From assembly GCA_965221335.1 (NCBI GenBank), contig CBDCSC010000006.1, positions 199,570-263,569 on the forward strand: 64,000 nucleotides of DNA, given 5' to 3'. This DNA is from Gammaproteobacteria bacterium. Its GTDB lineage: Bacteria; Pseudomonadota; Gammaproteobacteria; Eutrophobiales; Eutrophobiaceae. Below the pieces are notes generated by a model. The model worked only from the letters and a program-made list of their open reading frames with translations. It was not told where the DNA came from and did no database searches. Below are positions 25,191 to 34,886 of this stretch, in pieces (position 1 is the first letter of the stretch; every line of letters begins with the position of its first letter). The position numbers and the translations under genes were made by a program.

Positions 25191-28100
25191 ATGTGGCAAT
25201 TCTGGATCGATCGCGGCGGCACGTTTACCGATATAGTCGCCAAATCTCCCGAAGGCCGGTTACACAGCCACAAGCTGCTCTCCGAAAACCCCGGGCATTA
25301 CCGGGATGCGGCCGTGCAGGGGATTCGTGACATTCTCGGCCTTGCGCCCGGCGCCGCCATTCCTCCGAACACTATTGAACAGGTGAAGATGGGCACCACT
25401 GTGGCTACCAATGCACTGCTGGAGCGTAACGGCGAGCGTACCGTGTTTGTGACCACCAGGGGTTTTGCGGACGCGCTGCGTATCGGCTACCAGGATCGCC
25501 CGCGCCTGTTTGATCGCCATATCGTGCTGCCGGCGCTGTTATATGAGCGCGTAATAGAAGTGGATGAGCGTGTCGATGCCGAGGGCAAGGTGTTGTGCCC
25601 TCTCAATCAAGAGTGGGTCAGGGCCGACTTGAAGTCGGTATTCGATACCGGGATCCGATCAGTAGCGGTTGCCTTCATGCATGGTTATCGCCAACGCGGC
25701 CATGAACGCAAGGTCGGTGAAATTTGCCGGCAGCTCGGTTTTACCCAGGTTTCCCTGAGTCATGAAGTCAGTCCCCTGGTCAAACTGGTTGCACGTGGTG
25801 ACACCACCGTTGTCGACGCCTACCTGTCACCTATCCTGCGCCGCTACGTGGAGCAGGTTGCCGATGAGCTGGGCATTGAGGATGGCAGCGGCACGCGCCT
25901 GCTGTTCATGCAGTCCAACGGCGGGCTCACCGATGCCCACCTGTTCCGGGGCAAGGATGCGATCTTCTCCGGCCCTGCCGGCGGTGTGGTGGGCATGACC
26001 CGGACTGCCGAAATGAGCGGGCTGCACAAGTTGATCGGTTTCGATATGGGAGGCACTTCAACCGACGTGAGCCACTATGACGGCGAGTATGAGCGCAGTT
26101 TTGAAACACAGGTGGCCGGCGTGCGCATGCGCGCGCCGATGATGAATATCCATACAGTGGCCGCGGGCGGAGGTTCGATACTTCGCTATGATGGCGCCCG
26201 TTTCAGGGTTGGGCCCGAATCCGCCGGCGCCGATCCCGGCCCGGCCTGTTACCGGCGCGGCGGGCCGCTGACCGTAACCGATTGCAATGTGATGCTGGGA
26301 AAAATCCAGCCGCAGCATTTCCCGGCCATCTTCGGCGCCACAGGTAATGAACAACCGGATCGGGAAACAGTGGAACGGAAGTTTATCGACCTTGCGCAGA
26401 GAGTTTCCCGCACCCGGCGAAAAACCGTAAGCGCTGAAGATGTGGCGCAGGGCTTTTTGCGCATTGCCGTGGAAAACATGGCCAATGCGATTAAAAAAAT
26501 TTCTCTGCAACGCGGTTATGACGTCACCGAATACACGCTTAATTGCTTTGGCAGCGCCGCCGGCCAGCATGCTTGCGCGGTCGCGGACTCGCTGGGTATG
26601 GACCGGATTTTTCTGCATCCGCTTGCCGGGGTGTTATCCGCCTACGGCATGGGACTCGCCGAACTGCGGGTACTGCGCGAGGCGCAAGTAGGTATTGATT
26701 TTAACGGTCCCGACGTGGAAAAGGAAATTGCGATACACAGCCGGCCGCTGGCTGTCTCCGCCCGTGCCGCGCTGCGGCAGCAAGGGGTGAATGCACAGAA
26801 TATCTCCATTATTGTCAGGGTTCACATGCGCTACCAGGGCACCGACACCAGCCTGGAAGTTGACGCCGGCAGCGCCACACAAATGTTGTCTGATTTTGAA
26901 GCCGCACACCGCCGCCGCTTCGGCTTTGTGGCGCGCGAGCGGGGCCTGGTCATTGAGTCCCTGGCGGTGGAGGCTGTCGGCGAAACGGATTTCGGGATCG
27001 ACCCGGAGACGGACTCGCCCATGCCGGAACAGGACCCGCCTGTACACGAGCGGGTCGGCATGTACTCTGATGGGCAATGGCGGGACATACCCCTGTACCT
27101 GCGCGCGCACCTGCTCCCTGAACAGGTGCTTGAGGGGCCTGCCATCATCATCGAACCTACGGGTACGATCGTAGTCGAGCAGGGTTGGCGCGGCACGCTG
27201 AACCGCCGTGGCCACCTGGTGCTCGAACGTCACGCCAAATGTGACAACCGGGAGACTGTCGGCACCGGCGCCGATCCGGTGATGCTCGAGGTGTTCAATA
27301 ACCTGTTCATGTCGATCGCCGAGCAGATGGGCGTTACCCTGCAGAACACCGCGTACTCCGTGAATATCAAGGAACGCCTGGATTTTTCCTGTGCGCTGTT
27401 CAATGCCGAAGGTAAATTGGTGGCCAACGCCCCGCACATACCCGTGCACCTGGGTTCGATGGGTGAATCCGTACAGCGCGTCATTGATGCCAACAAGGGC
27501 CATATCGAGCCCGGTAATGTATATGTACTCAATGCCCCGTATGCGGGCGGCACCCACCTGCCTGATGTAACCGTGATTACGCCGGTGTTTGATGATCGGG
27601 GTGAGAACATCCTGTTTTACCTGGCTTCACGCGGACACCATGCCGACATAGGCGGGCGCACACCCGGCTCGGCCCCGCCGGACAGCGCCCATATCGACGA
27701 GGAGGGAGTGCTGATTGACAACTTCCTGCTGGTGGAGAACGGCCGGTTGCGTGAGCGGGAGATACGGAAATTGCTGGGATCGGGCAAGTACCCTTGCCGC
27801 AATATCGACCAGAACCTGGCCGACCTGGCAGCGCAGGTAGCCGCCAACGAGACCGGTCTTAACGAATTGCGCCGAATAGTCGGACATTACGGCATCGATG
27901 TAGTGGATGCCTATATGCGGCATGTGCAGGACAACGCCGAGGAGTCGGTGCGGCGGGTACTGCAAACATTGCAGGATGGAGAATTCGACTACCGGATGGA
28001 CCAGGGTTGCGTGATCCGCGTTCGCTTGTCCGTTGACCGCGAAAACCGAGAGGCGAGTATTGATTTTACCGGCACCTCCATGCAGAACCCGACGAACTAC

Positions 28101-28799
28101 AACGCTCCGAGCGCGGTCTGCCGGGCCGCGATCCTGTACGTGTTACGCACGCTGGTCGACGATGACATCCCGTTGAACGAAGGTTGCCTCAAACCGATCA
28201 GACTGATCCTGCCTGAGCGCTCAATGCTCGCGCCCGAATATCCGGCGGCAGTAATGGCCGGCAATATCGAAGTGTCCCAGGCGCTTGCGAACGCGCTGTA
28301 TGGCGCCCTGGGGACCCTGGCCGCATCACAGGGCACGATGAACAATATCTTCTACGGTAACGAGCGGCACCAGAATTACGATACCGTCTGCGGCGGCACG
28401 GGCGCCGGACCGCAGCATCCCGGTACGGATGCCGTACACAGTCATATGACCAATACCCGTATGACTGATCCGGAGATACTGGAATTGCGATTTCCCGTGC
28501 GCTTGGAGGAGTTTTCCATCCGCCGGGGTTCGGGTGGCGCCGGCAGGCATTACGGGGGAAACGGTATGCTGCGCAAATTGCGCTTCCTGGAGCCTATGAC
28601 CGTCACCACGTTGAGTTCCCACAGAGTGGTGCCACCTTTCGGAGTGGCGGGAGGAAAACCAGGCCGGCGCGGTAATAACTATGTGGAGCGGGCTGACGGT
28701 GAATATGTACAACTCAGGGGCGATGACGAGATCGAAGTCAATACCGGCGATATGTTCGTCATGGAAACACCGGGAGGAGGGGGCTTTGGCAAGGTCTGA
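25191..28799 (+). CDS. 5-oxoprolinase (ATP-hydrolysing), fused HyuA-HyuB type
   Basis: About 1200 aa. The N terminus [17 protein letters not shown], plus DMGGTSTDV and [18 protein letters not shown], mark the A-type half. The B-type half has FSCALF...G.L.ANAPH.PVHLGSM and ends GGGGFGK. The ORF-track start at 25170 (TTG) is an alternative. Confidence 0.9.
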   Translation: MWQFWIDRGGTFTDIVAKSPEGRLHSHKLLSENPGHYRDAAVQGIRDILGLAPGAAIPPNTIEQVKMGTTVATNALLERNGERTVFVTTRGFADALRIGYQDRPRLFDRHIVLPALLYERVIEVDERVDAEGKVLCPLNQEWVRADLKSVFDTGIRSVAVAFMHGYRQRGHERKVGEICRQLGFTQVSLSHEVSPLVKLVARGDTTVVDAYLSPILRRYVEQVADELGIEDGSGTRLLFMQSNGGLTDAHLFRGKDAIFSGPAGGVVGMTRTAEMSGLHKLIGFDMGGTSTDVSHYDGEYERSFETQVAGVRMRAPMMNIHTVAAGGGSILRYDGARFRVGPESAGADPGPACYRRGGPLTVTDCNVMLGKIQPQHFPAIFGATGNEQPDRETVERKFIDLAQRVSRTRRKTVSAEDVAQGFLRIAVENMANAIKKISLQRGYDVTEYTLNCFGSAAGQHACAVADSLGMDRIFLHPLAGVLSAYGMGLAELRVLREAQVGIDFNGPDVEKEIAIHSRPLAVSARAALRQQGVNAQNISIIVRVHMRYQGTDTSLEVDAGSATQMLSDFEAAHRRRFGFVARERGLVIESLAVEAVGETDFGIDPETDSPMPEQDPPVHERVGMYSDGQWRDIPLYLRAHLLPEQVLEGPAIIIEPTGTIVVEQGWRGTLNRRGHLVLERHAKCDNRETVGTGADPVMLEVFNNLFMSIAEQMGVTLQNTAYSVNIKERLDFSCALFNAEGKLVANAPHIPVHLGSMGESVQRVIDANKGHIEPGNVYVLNAPYAGGTHLPDVTVITPVFDDRGENILFYLASRGHHADIGGRTPGSAPPDSAHIDEEGVLIDNFLLVENGRLREREIRKLLGSGKYPCRNIDQNLADLAAQVAANETGLNELRRIVGHYGIDVVDAYMRHVQDNAEESVRRVLQTLQDGEFDYRMDQGCVIRVRLSVDRENREASIDFTGTSMQNPTNYNAPSAVCRAAILYVLRTLVDDDIPLNEGCLKPIRLILPERSMLAPEYPAAVMAGNIEVSQALANALYGALGTLAASQGTMNNIFYGNERHQNYDTVCGGTGAGPQHPGTDAVHSHMTNTRMTDPEILELRFPVRLEEFSIRRGSGGAGRHYGGNGMLRKLRFLEPMTVTTLSSHRVVPPFGVAGGKPGRRGNNYVERADGEYVQLRGDDEIEVNTGDMFVMETPGGGGFGKV

Positions 28800-28855
28800 T
28801 CCTGATAAACCAGTAATGAGAAATGACTACTGTTGTTTCAACCTGAGATAGCTAT

Positions 28856-29006
28856 GGAACCTCTGATTAAGTCAGAGGTTCCTGCGACACATGGATGTAT
28901 CGCCAAATTCGATGACGATAAGTCATTGAATTTGAAAGCAAAACAAAAATCGCTTTTTTGTTTTGCGTGCACTGACAAGTCCAGGATGGACTTGTTCAGA
29001 GCTTCC
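28856..29006. repeat. Composite ~150-nt intergenic element made of five consecutive hairpins (copy A)
   Basis: Modules: (1) GGAACCTCTGA-N-TCAGAGGTTCC, (2) CGA.ACA-N-TGTATCG, (3) CAAATTCGATGAC/GTCATTGAATTTG, (4) GCAAAACAAAAA/TTTTTGTTTTGC, (5) CTGACAAGTCC/GGACTTGTTCAG. It is collinear with copy B at 34574. Confidence 0.85.
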
Positions 29007-29136
29007 CTATATATCCACCATTCCCGTGAAAACGGGAATCCAGAAAGGAACTCTTCCTTAGTTTGGAAACTTGTTACCCGCTGGTTTCCCGGTAATGTGA
29101 GAATAGGAATGGAAAGTGGCTAGCGTATATTATAGT

Positions 29137-29164
29137 AAACTCTGAGACTTAATCAGAGTTTCCT
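29137..29164. repeat. Solo palindromic unit (AAACTCTGA-N7-TCAGAGTTTCC)
   Basis: It carries the same CTCTGA/TCAGAG core as module 1. Confidence 0.65.
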
Positions 29165-29183
29165 AAAATAGGGTAGAACTGAT

Positions 29184-30560
29184 ATGACAGAGATTGCCAG
29201 AAGTACCGGTGAATGGCAACAGGCGGATATTGATAATTACCTGCACCCGTTCACTGATTATAAGGCGCTGCTGAGCGAAAAGGCGCTTGTCATCAAGCGC
29301 GGGAAAGGTTGTTATGTCTGGGACAATGACAATAACAGGTACCTTGACGGTTTGGCCGGCCTTGCCTGTGTCAATATCGGTTACGGCCGAACTGAACTCG
29401 GGGAGGCTGCCGCCGCACAGGTGGAACAGTTAAGCTACTTCAACAGTTTTTTCAAATCGACGAATCCACTGGCGGTCACACTGGCCGAGAAACTGGTTGA
29501 GATAACGCCTGTTGGATTGAACCACGTCTTCTACGCCAACTCCGGTTCCGAGGCAAACGATACCGCATTACGCATGGTAAGACAGTATTGGATGCTTGAA
29601 GGGCAGTCGAAAAAGCAGACGATCATCGCCCGGGAGATGGCCTATCACGGCAGCACCGTGGCGTCCGGCGCCTTGTCCGGTATGCCGTGGATGCATGAAC
29701 AGGCCGCCGTGGTACCCGGTGTTGAGCATATTCAGTGTCCTTACCAGTTTCAGTACGGTCGGAATGTGAGCGAGGAAGAGTTCGGTGTTATCGCTGCAGG
29801 CTGGCTCGAGGACAGGATTCTGCAGACTGGTCCTGAGAAGGTGGCTGCGTTTTTTGCTGAACCGGTGCAAGGGGCCGGGGGCGCTAAGATTCCCCCGCGG
29901 AATTATTTTGATGAGGTCGGGAAGATCTGCAGGAAATACGATGTATTACTGGTTATCGATGAGGTGATTACCGGCTTTGGTCGGACCGGAAAGTGGTTCG
30001 CCAGCGATCTCATGCAGATAGAACAGGTGGACCTGATGTGTGTGGCCAAGGGAATCACTTCCGGTTACCTGCCGCTCTCTGCAGTCATGGTCGGCGACCG
30101 GGTTGCGGATACCCTGGTCGAAAAAGGCGGCGAATTCTATCATGGGTTCACCTATTCCGGCCATCCGGTGAGTTGCGCGGTGGCCCTTGAAAATATCCGC
30201 ATCCTTGACGAAGAGGGAATAATCCGCCAGGTTGAGAAAGTAACCGGACCCTACCTGAAACAACGTTTAACGGCATTGTACGGGTCGCCGCTGGTAGCAG
30301 AGGCGCGCAGTTGCGGCATGATAGCCGCGGTCGAACTGGTGAGGAATTGTGAAAGTATGGAACCGATAGCTGACAATATGGAGGACATTGAGCGATACAC
30401 CGAAGTATTTCGCGACCTGTGTCTTGAACAGGGCATCATTGTGCGCCCGATTGGCTCAACGATCATGATGTGTCCGCCGTTGATCATTACCGAACCGGAA
30501 ATCGACTTCCTGGTGGAAAAAATGCAGGTTGCCCTGGAAGGATTTGAGAAGGTTATCTAG
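29184..30560 (+). CDS. Class III (omega) aminotransferase, PLP-dependent (beta-alanine/putrescine:pyruvate transaminase-like)
   Basis: 458 aa. Blocks: YLHPFTD, NSGSEANDTALR, DEVITGFGRTG, and the PLP-lysine block CVAKGITSGYLPLS. Confidence 0.88.
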   Translation: MTEIARSTGEWQQADIDNYLHPFTDYKALLSEKALVIKRGKGCYVWDNDNNRYLDGLAGLACVNIGYGRTELGEAAAAQVEQLSYFNSFFKSTNPLAVTLAEKLVEITPVGLNHVFYANSGSEANDTALRMVRQYWMLEGQSKKQTIIAREMAYHGSTVASGALSGMPWMHEQAAVVPGVEHIQCPYQFQYGRNVSEEEFGVIAAGWLEDRILQTGPEKVAAFFAEPVQGAGGAKIPPRNYFDEVGKICRKYDVLLVIDEVITGFGRTGKWFASDLMQIEQVDLMCVAKGITSGYLPLSAVMVGDRVADTLVEKGGEFYHGFTYSGHPVSCAVALENIRILDEEGIIRQVEKVTGPYLKQRLTALYGSPLVAEARSCGMIAAVELVRNCESMEPIADNMEDIERYTEVFRDLCLEQGIIVRPIGSTIMMCPPLIITEPEIDFLVEKMQVALEGFEKVI

Positions 30561-30563
30561 TAC

Positions 30564-30602
30564 TAGCGCAGTCTGCAACAACACGAAAGTGAACTGGCGC
30601 TA
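30564..30602. terminator. Hairpin between the convergent aminotransferase and ahcY genes (possible bidirectional terminator)
   Basis: TAGCGCAGT (30564-30572) pairs with ACTGGCGCTA (30593-30602) with one bulge. There is no U-tract and the loop is long. Confidence 0.3.
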
Positions 30603-30610
30603 ACCAAATG

Positions 30611-31834
30611 CTAGTACTCGGTCCAGGATTGCAATGTCCTGAGGGCCACCTCGTTCTCGATTTGTGTTGGTACCGGCTGCGGACCAACGGGTAATGATTG
30701 CCCGTCCTGTGCCAGGCAGGCCAGGGACAGGGATTGCAGCGCCAGGCCCAGGTCCATGATTTCAATCGGGTTGCCGTCGCCGGCGGCCAGGTTGACCGAG
30801 TTGCCCTCGCTCAGGAGGTAGACGGTTTTGCCGTTATCCAGCTTGAATTGCCGTATTTCCGGCATGATGGTATGTGTCTCGACCGACAGTTCGCGCAGGC
30901 CGGCCAGGTCGATTTCTGTTTCAAACATGCCGGCATTGCAAATGACGGCGCCGTCCTTCAGCAGCGCCAGGTGGTCGCGTTGGAGCGCGCCCGGCCTGCC
31001 GGTGACGGTGATGACGAAGTCGCTGGCAGGCAATGCTTCATGCAAATCGGCCGTGTCGTAACCTTCCGTATGCGCTTCAAGGCGCGTCAGCGGGTCGATA
31101 TCCACGACCGTTACGTGAGTACCCAGGCCGCGTAACGCGCGGGCAATGCCCTGGCCACAGAAGCCATATCCGATTATGGTTACCCGTTTGCCGCCGAGCA
31201 ACAGGTTGGAACAGCGCATGATGCCGTCCACCACCGATTGGCCGACACCGTAACGGTTTTCGATGATCCGTTTTGCCCGGCTGTCATTGATGACAATAGT
31301 GGGGAACAAGTGTTCCGCGAGTTCCTCGCGCAAGCGGAAGCCGCCGGTGGTGGTCTCCTCGGTAGCGCCGATGATCCTTAATTTTACCCTGGAAAATTCC
31401 GGATCGGTAAGCGCGAGCACATGCAGGTCGGCGCCATTGTCTACAACCAGGTCGGGGCCGGTTGCCAGTACTCTTGACGCGTACTCCAGGTGCCGGGTGA
31501 ACGTTTCGCTTTTCCTGGCAAACACCTGTACACGGTATTCCTGCACCAGCGCTGCGGCCACTTCATCCTGGGTGGTGCCGGGACTGCCGGTGATGGCGAT
31601 CTCTGCGCCACCGCTGAGCAACGCATCCAGCCAGATGCCGGTCTTTGCCTCCACGTGCAGGCAAATGCCGATGCGCATGCCCGCAAAAGGCCTGCTGCGG
31701 GCGAACTCCTGTTTTATTCCGCGCAGTATCGGCATTTGCTCCCGCACCCAGTCCATGCGCTGCAAACCTTGGCGCGCCAGACCGATATCTTCTATCTCGT
31801 AGGAAAAATCAGTCATCATTAACCTCTTCTTCAT
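30611..31834 (-). CDS. ahcY: Adenosylhomocysteinase family protein, short (archaeal-like, 407 aa) form
   Basis: Blocks: MP.L...K.EF...PF.G.RI..CLH.E.KT, TEETTTG and DS..K...EN.YG. It has the NAD-binding motif IIGYGFCGQGIA. Confidence 0.85.
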   Translation of the reverse strand: MKKRLMMTDFSYEIEDIGLARQGLQRMDWVREQMPILRGIKQEFARSRPFAGMRIGICLHVEAKTGIWLDALLSGGAEIAITGSPGTTQDEVAAALVQEYRVQVFARKSETFTRHLEYASRVLATGPDLVVDNGADLHVLALTDPEFSRVKLRIIGATEETTTGGFRLREELAEHLFPTIVINDSRAKRIIENRYGVGQSVVDGIMRCSNLLLGGKRVTIIGYGFCGQGIARALRGLGTHVTVVDIDPLTRLEAHTEGYDTADLHEALPASDFVITVTGRPGALQRDHLALLKDGAVICNAGMFETEIDLAGLRELSVETHTIMPEIRQFKLDNGKTVYLLSEGNSVNLAAGDGNPIEIMDLGLALQSLSLACLAQDGQSLPVGPQPVPTQIENEVALRTLQSWTEY

Positions 31835-31913
31835 TCCTGCGCCAGCAGGCGTGCGAATCCGGCCGGCGCTTGCCGCTCAGGTCATTCTCATTTGCGCGCA
31901 TGCAGGTGCCCAA

Positions 31914-33437
31914 TCACAAGGCGCGGATGAAACCCGGTTTGCCGTTCCCGACGACAAAACGCGCCAGGTCAGAGACTCCGGATTGCGCATCCCTGACATT
32001 ATCCAGCGCGCGCACCGTTGTATTCCACTCGTTTGCATTCGCTTCATGTAACAGGTAGCCGCGCTTGTCCGGTTCATAGAATTTTATTTGCGGATTGCGA
32101 ACCAGGTTGTCTCTGATGGGTTGATCCATCTGTTCCGGCCAGTTGGCTGAGATGGAAGAAGTCACGAACTCCACCCCTGGAAAACGGTCGCCCGCGGCGT
32201 CGGACCCGCTTCCGTCAATCGCCCAGAAAGAGTGCATGTCACCGCTGAGGATCACTGCCTGGCCGGTGTCACTCTGCTTGATTTCATTGACAACCCTGTC
32301 CCTGTTTGCCGGGTAACCGTCCCAGGAACCGGTAAAGTTGAGGGTCTTGTTGCCGATATCAAGGTGGAACGGAGAGAACACACTGGTGGACGCAATCACA
32401 TTCCACGTTGACTTGTTGCTTGCGATGCTTTCCATCAAAGATCGCTCCTGGGCCTTTCCCAACATGCTGCGCTGTTCATCGAATATCACAGGACAGCGTT
32501 CCCGGTAGTTGCCGAAGCCGTATGGGGGATCGTTGTTGCTGCAGAGATACTGGCTGTCGCGGAATTGGCGGGTGTCGAGCAGGTTTAGCTGAATCAGATC
32601 GCCGGCGTGAATGGTTCTGGGCAGGTCAAACCGATCGTCACCGGGGTTGTTGTAACCGCGCACCGGCATGTGCTCGTACCAGGCCTGGTAGGCGGCGGCC
32701 CTGCTCGCCAATCCGGCCGGGTCGGTATCGATTACGGCATCGTGGTTGTCAAGCGTGGTAAAAAAGGGCAGCCTGGCATGTGCCCGTTTCAGGGATGCAT
32801 CGGTTTTGTACAGCGCATGCCGCCGCCGGAAACCATCAAGCGTAAGCGGCATATCTTCAACCTCGTGTCGCCTGAAAGTCTCGCCGTACGATGTTTCATA
32901 GATATAGTCGCCCAGGTGCACCACGAAGTCCGGGTTGTCGGCAATGATATGGTCGTAAGCGACGAAATAACCATGCGTGTAGTTCTGGCAGGAGGCCGTG
33001 ACGAAACGTATGGATTCAACTTGGCTGCCCGGCGCGGGCAGGGTCTTGGTGCGGCCTGTTTCAGACCTGTATGTGCCCGTGGAAAACCGGTACCAGTACT
33101 CCTTCTCCGGTTCCAGTCCCTGTACGTCAACATGTATTGAGTGGGCCAGTTCCGGCATAGCCAACTCTTCGCCGTGGCGGATACGCCGCCGCATCCGTTC
33201 ATCCTCAAACAACTCCCAGTGCACCGGTAGCACATCCTGGGCCATCCCGCCATCCGCAGCCTGCGGTTGCGGCGCCAACCGGGTCCACAATACGACCGAA
33301 TCCTGTGTTACGTCTCCGGACGCGACTCCAAGCGTGAATGGATACCCGGACCTGTTAATTTCAGCAGTTAACGGCGCGGCAATACTGGATGCCGCCAACC
33401 CCGCGCTGGTACCGATTATGAAATCCCGCCGTTTCAT
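31914..33437 (-). CDS. phoD: Alkaline phosphatase D family (PhoD), Tat-exported
   Basis: 507 aa. It has the twin-arginine signal MKRRDFIIGTSAGLAA, the PhoD N-terminal block FTLGVASGD, and the metallophosphatase blocks HLGDYIYE and DNHD. Confidence 0.88.
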   Translation of the reverse strand: MKRRDFIIGTSAGLAASSIAAPLTAEINRSGYPFTLGVASGDVTQDSVVLWTRLAPQPQAADGGMAQDVLPVHWELFEDERMRRRIRHGEELAMPELAHSIHVDVQGLEPEKEYWYRFSTGTYRSETGRTKTLPAPGSQVESIRFVTASCQNYTHGYFVAYDHIIADNPDFVVHLGDYIYETSYGETFRRHEVEDMPLTLDGFRRRHALYKTDASLKRAHARLPFFTTLDNHDAVIDTDPAGLASRAAAYQAWYEHMPVRGYNNPGDDRFDLPRTIHAGDLIQLNLLDTRQFRDSQYLCSNNDPPYGFGNYRERCPVIFDEQRSMLGKAQERSLMESIASNKSTWNVIASTSVFSPFHLDIGNKTLNFTGSWDGYPANRDRVVNEIKQSDTGQAVILSGDMHSFWAIDGSGSDAAGDRFPGVEFVTSSISANWPEQMDQPIRDNLVRNPQIKFYEPDKRGYLLHEANANEWNTTVRALDNVRDAQSGVSDLARFVVGNGKPGFIRAL

Positions 33438-33531
33438 TATCCGCTATAATACTACTCCCTTTCCAGTTTCAGAAATCACCATGCCGCCAAAGACAATCGA
33501 TGCAGTTACAATGGGAAGGTGAGGGCAATCC

Positions 33532-34569
33532 TTACATCGCCAGCAGCCCGCGTACCTGATTATGGCTGCGGACTATCCTGTAAGCTCCCGCCTCGCACAG
33601 GCTGGCGCAAGTCCCGGCGCCGGTCAGCACTGCAATCGGCAGCACTCCCGCTGCATGACTTGCCTGCATATCGATAACGCTGTCCCCGATATAAACCGCA
33701 TCGCCGGGGGCGATATCCATGCGTTCCAGGCACTTGTTGAGTCCTTCCGGGTCCGGTTTGTAATGTTTCACATCGTGGCCGGTGATAACAGTTTCGAACA
33801 GGTCCGCGACCCCCAGGCCGTACAGCAGGCCCAACGACGATTGCTTCGAACCGGTGACTATGCCCAGCGCATAGCCGGCTGCCTTGAGTTCGGTCAGGGT
33901 TTCCCGTACCCCGGCAAAAACCCCCGCATGGTCGCTGATGAGGTCGGGCCAGATCTCCTTGGCCCTGTCATTCAGTTTTTCAATCATGGCCGGGCGGTCT
34001 TTCATTGACTTGGGCACAACATAGTCCCAATAGGAGATACCCAGGTTCAGGGTTTCATACATGCGATCCCTGGATACTTCCAGGCCAAACTCCGCGCTGG
34101 TCCGCTTGGCGAGTTGGTAGAACGCGTCCACCGTATCGACCAGGGTGCCGTCCAGGTCAAACAGGACTGCACGGGTGCGCACGGGATCGATTAAATTCAA
34201 GCTGAGGCGGTCTCCATCGTTGAGGGAGAAATGCCGGCGCAATGACAGCGGCGCAATGACCTCCACCTGGTCATCCGGATAACCGTCGACCTGCGGAAAG
34301 ATAATGGCCGCGGTGATATGGTCGTTGACCTGCACCGGATAGCAGCGGGCATCGCAGTTGCCGGCAGCAGGCGCGTGGATGCCGATACCGTCCTGATTTC
34401 TCAGGGAATGCCATTCGGCAAGGGAACCCGCATCGTCCAATTTCAGGTTCAGCGTGCCGGGCCAGGTATCAATGCCCAGTTTGTCCAGGAATTGCCGCTT
34501 GGCATAGTCCAGTTCGGTAAAACGCGCGGCTTGCCCTGTTCCGGTAACCACACGGCCGGTTAGTTTCAA
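33532..34569 (-). CDS. Fusion: archaeal-type CTP-dependent riboflavin kinase (DUF120/RibK) domain + HAD-superfamily phosphatase domain
   Basis: The N-terminal G.V.TG.GQAARFT....Y...F...LGI...PGTLN..L resembles the archaeal RibK family. The C-terminal half has HAD motif I (FDLDGTLVD), motif II (TGS) and motifs III/IV (K....GDS..D). The start is TTG, with its SD inside the adjacent repeat. Confidence 0.7.
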   Translation of the reverse strand: MKLTGRVVTGTGQAARFTELDYAKRQFLDKLGIDTWPGTLNLKLDDAGSLAEWHSLRNQDGIGIHAPAAGNCDARCYPVQVNDHITAAIIFPQVDGYPDDQVEVIAPLSLRRHFSLNDGDRLSLNLIDPVRTRAVLFDLDGTLVDTVDAFYQLAKRTSAEFGLEVSRDRMYETLNLGISYWDYVVPKSMKDRPAMIEKLNDRAKEIWPDLISDHAGVFAGVRETLTELKAAGYALGIVTGSKQSSLGLLYGLGVADLFETVITGHDVKHYKPDPEGLNKCLERMDIAPGDAVYIGDSVIDMQASHAAGVLPIAVLTGAGTCASLCEAGAYRIVRSHNQVRGLLAM

Positions 34570-34573
34570 CTTG

Positions 34574-34726
34574 GGAACCTCTGATTAAGTCTCAGAGGTT
34601 CCTACGATACAAGGATGTATCGTCAAAATCAATGTCAGTAAGGCATTGATTTTGGGAGGAAAACAAAAATCGCATTTTTGTTTTCCATACTCTGACAAGT
34701 CCAGGATGGACTTGTTCAGAGTTTCC
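34574..34726. repeat. Composite ~150-nt five-hairpin intergenic element (copy B)
   Basis: It has the same module order as copy A. Its ends are inverted: GGAACCTCTGA ... TCAGAGTTTCC. Confidence 0.85.
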
Positions 34727-34761
34727 CTTGATAAATCCCCTATTATGATGCGGAATGTAAA

Positions 34762-34790
34762 GGAAGCTCTGAATAAGCCTCAGAGCTTCC
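34762..34790. repeat. Solo palindromic unit (GGAAGCTCTGA-N7-TCAGAGCTTCC)
   Basis: It has perfect 11-bp arms. Confidence 0.75.
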
Positions 34791-34886
34791 TAAACAATAT
34801 AATCCAGATTGATATGGATTTGAATCCCTTTTTATCCGGCATGAACAGTGAGTGTTGTACGCGCCAGTTTGCTATCATTCCGAACC

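Noticed and set aside
28833-29123. A 96-aa ORF, and the 106-aa ORF at 34646..34966, share a peptide block (KQKS.FCF...DKSRMDLFR.SL), which could suggest a small conserved protein.
   Set aside because: The similarity comes from the nucleotide-level hairpin repeat (modules 4-5 of the composite element). The frames run through palindromes and have no SD, and the differences between copies preserve base pairing rather than codons.
28800-29183. The clustered repeats could have been a CRISPR array.
   Set aside because: The repeats are palindromic units of different types in a fixed mosaic order, not a single direct repeat with regular unique spacers. No cas genes are in the window.
31835-31913. 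A possible SAH riboswitch in the leader of ahcY (minus strand).
   Set aside because: The leader (…CUGAGCGGCAAGCGCCGGCCGGAUUCGCACGCCUGCUGGCGCAGGAAUG) lacks the conserved SAH-riboswitch blocks as I recall them (GAGGAGCGCUGC, AGGCUCGG, ACGGCGCUC). Only a generic GCGCC/GGCGC pairing is present. A cmsearch with the Rfam SAH riboswitch model would settle it.
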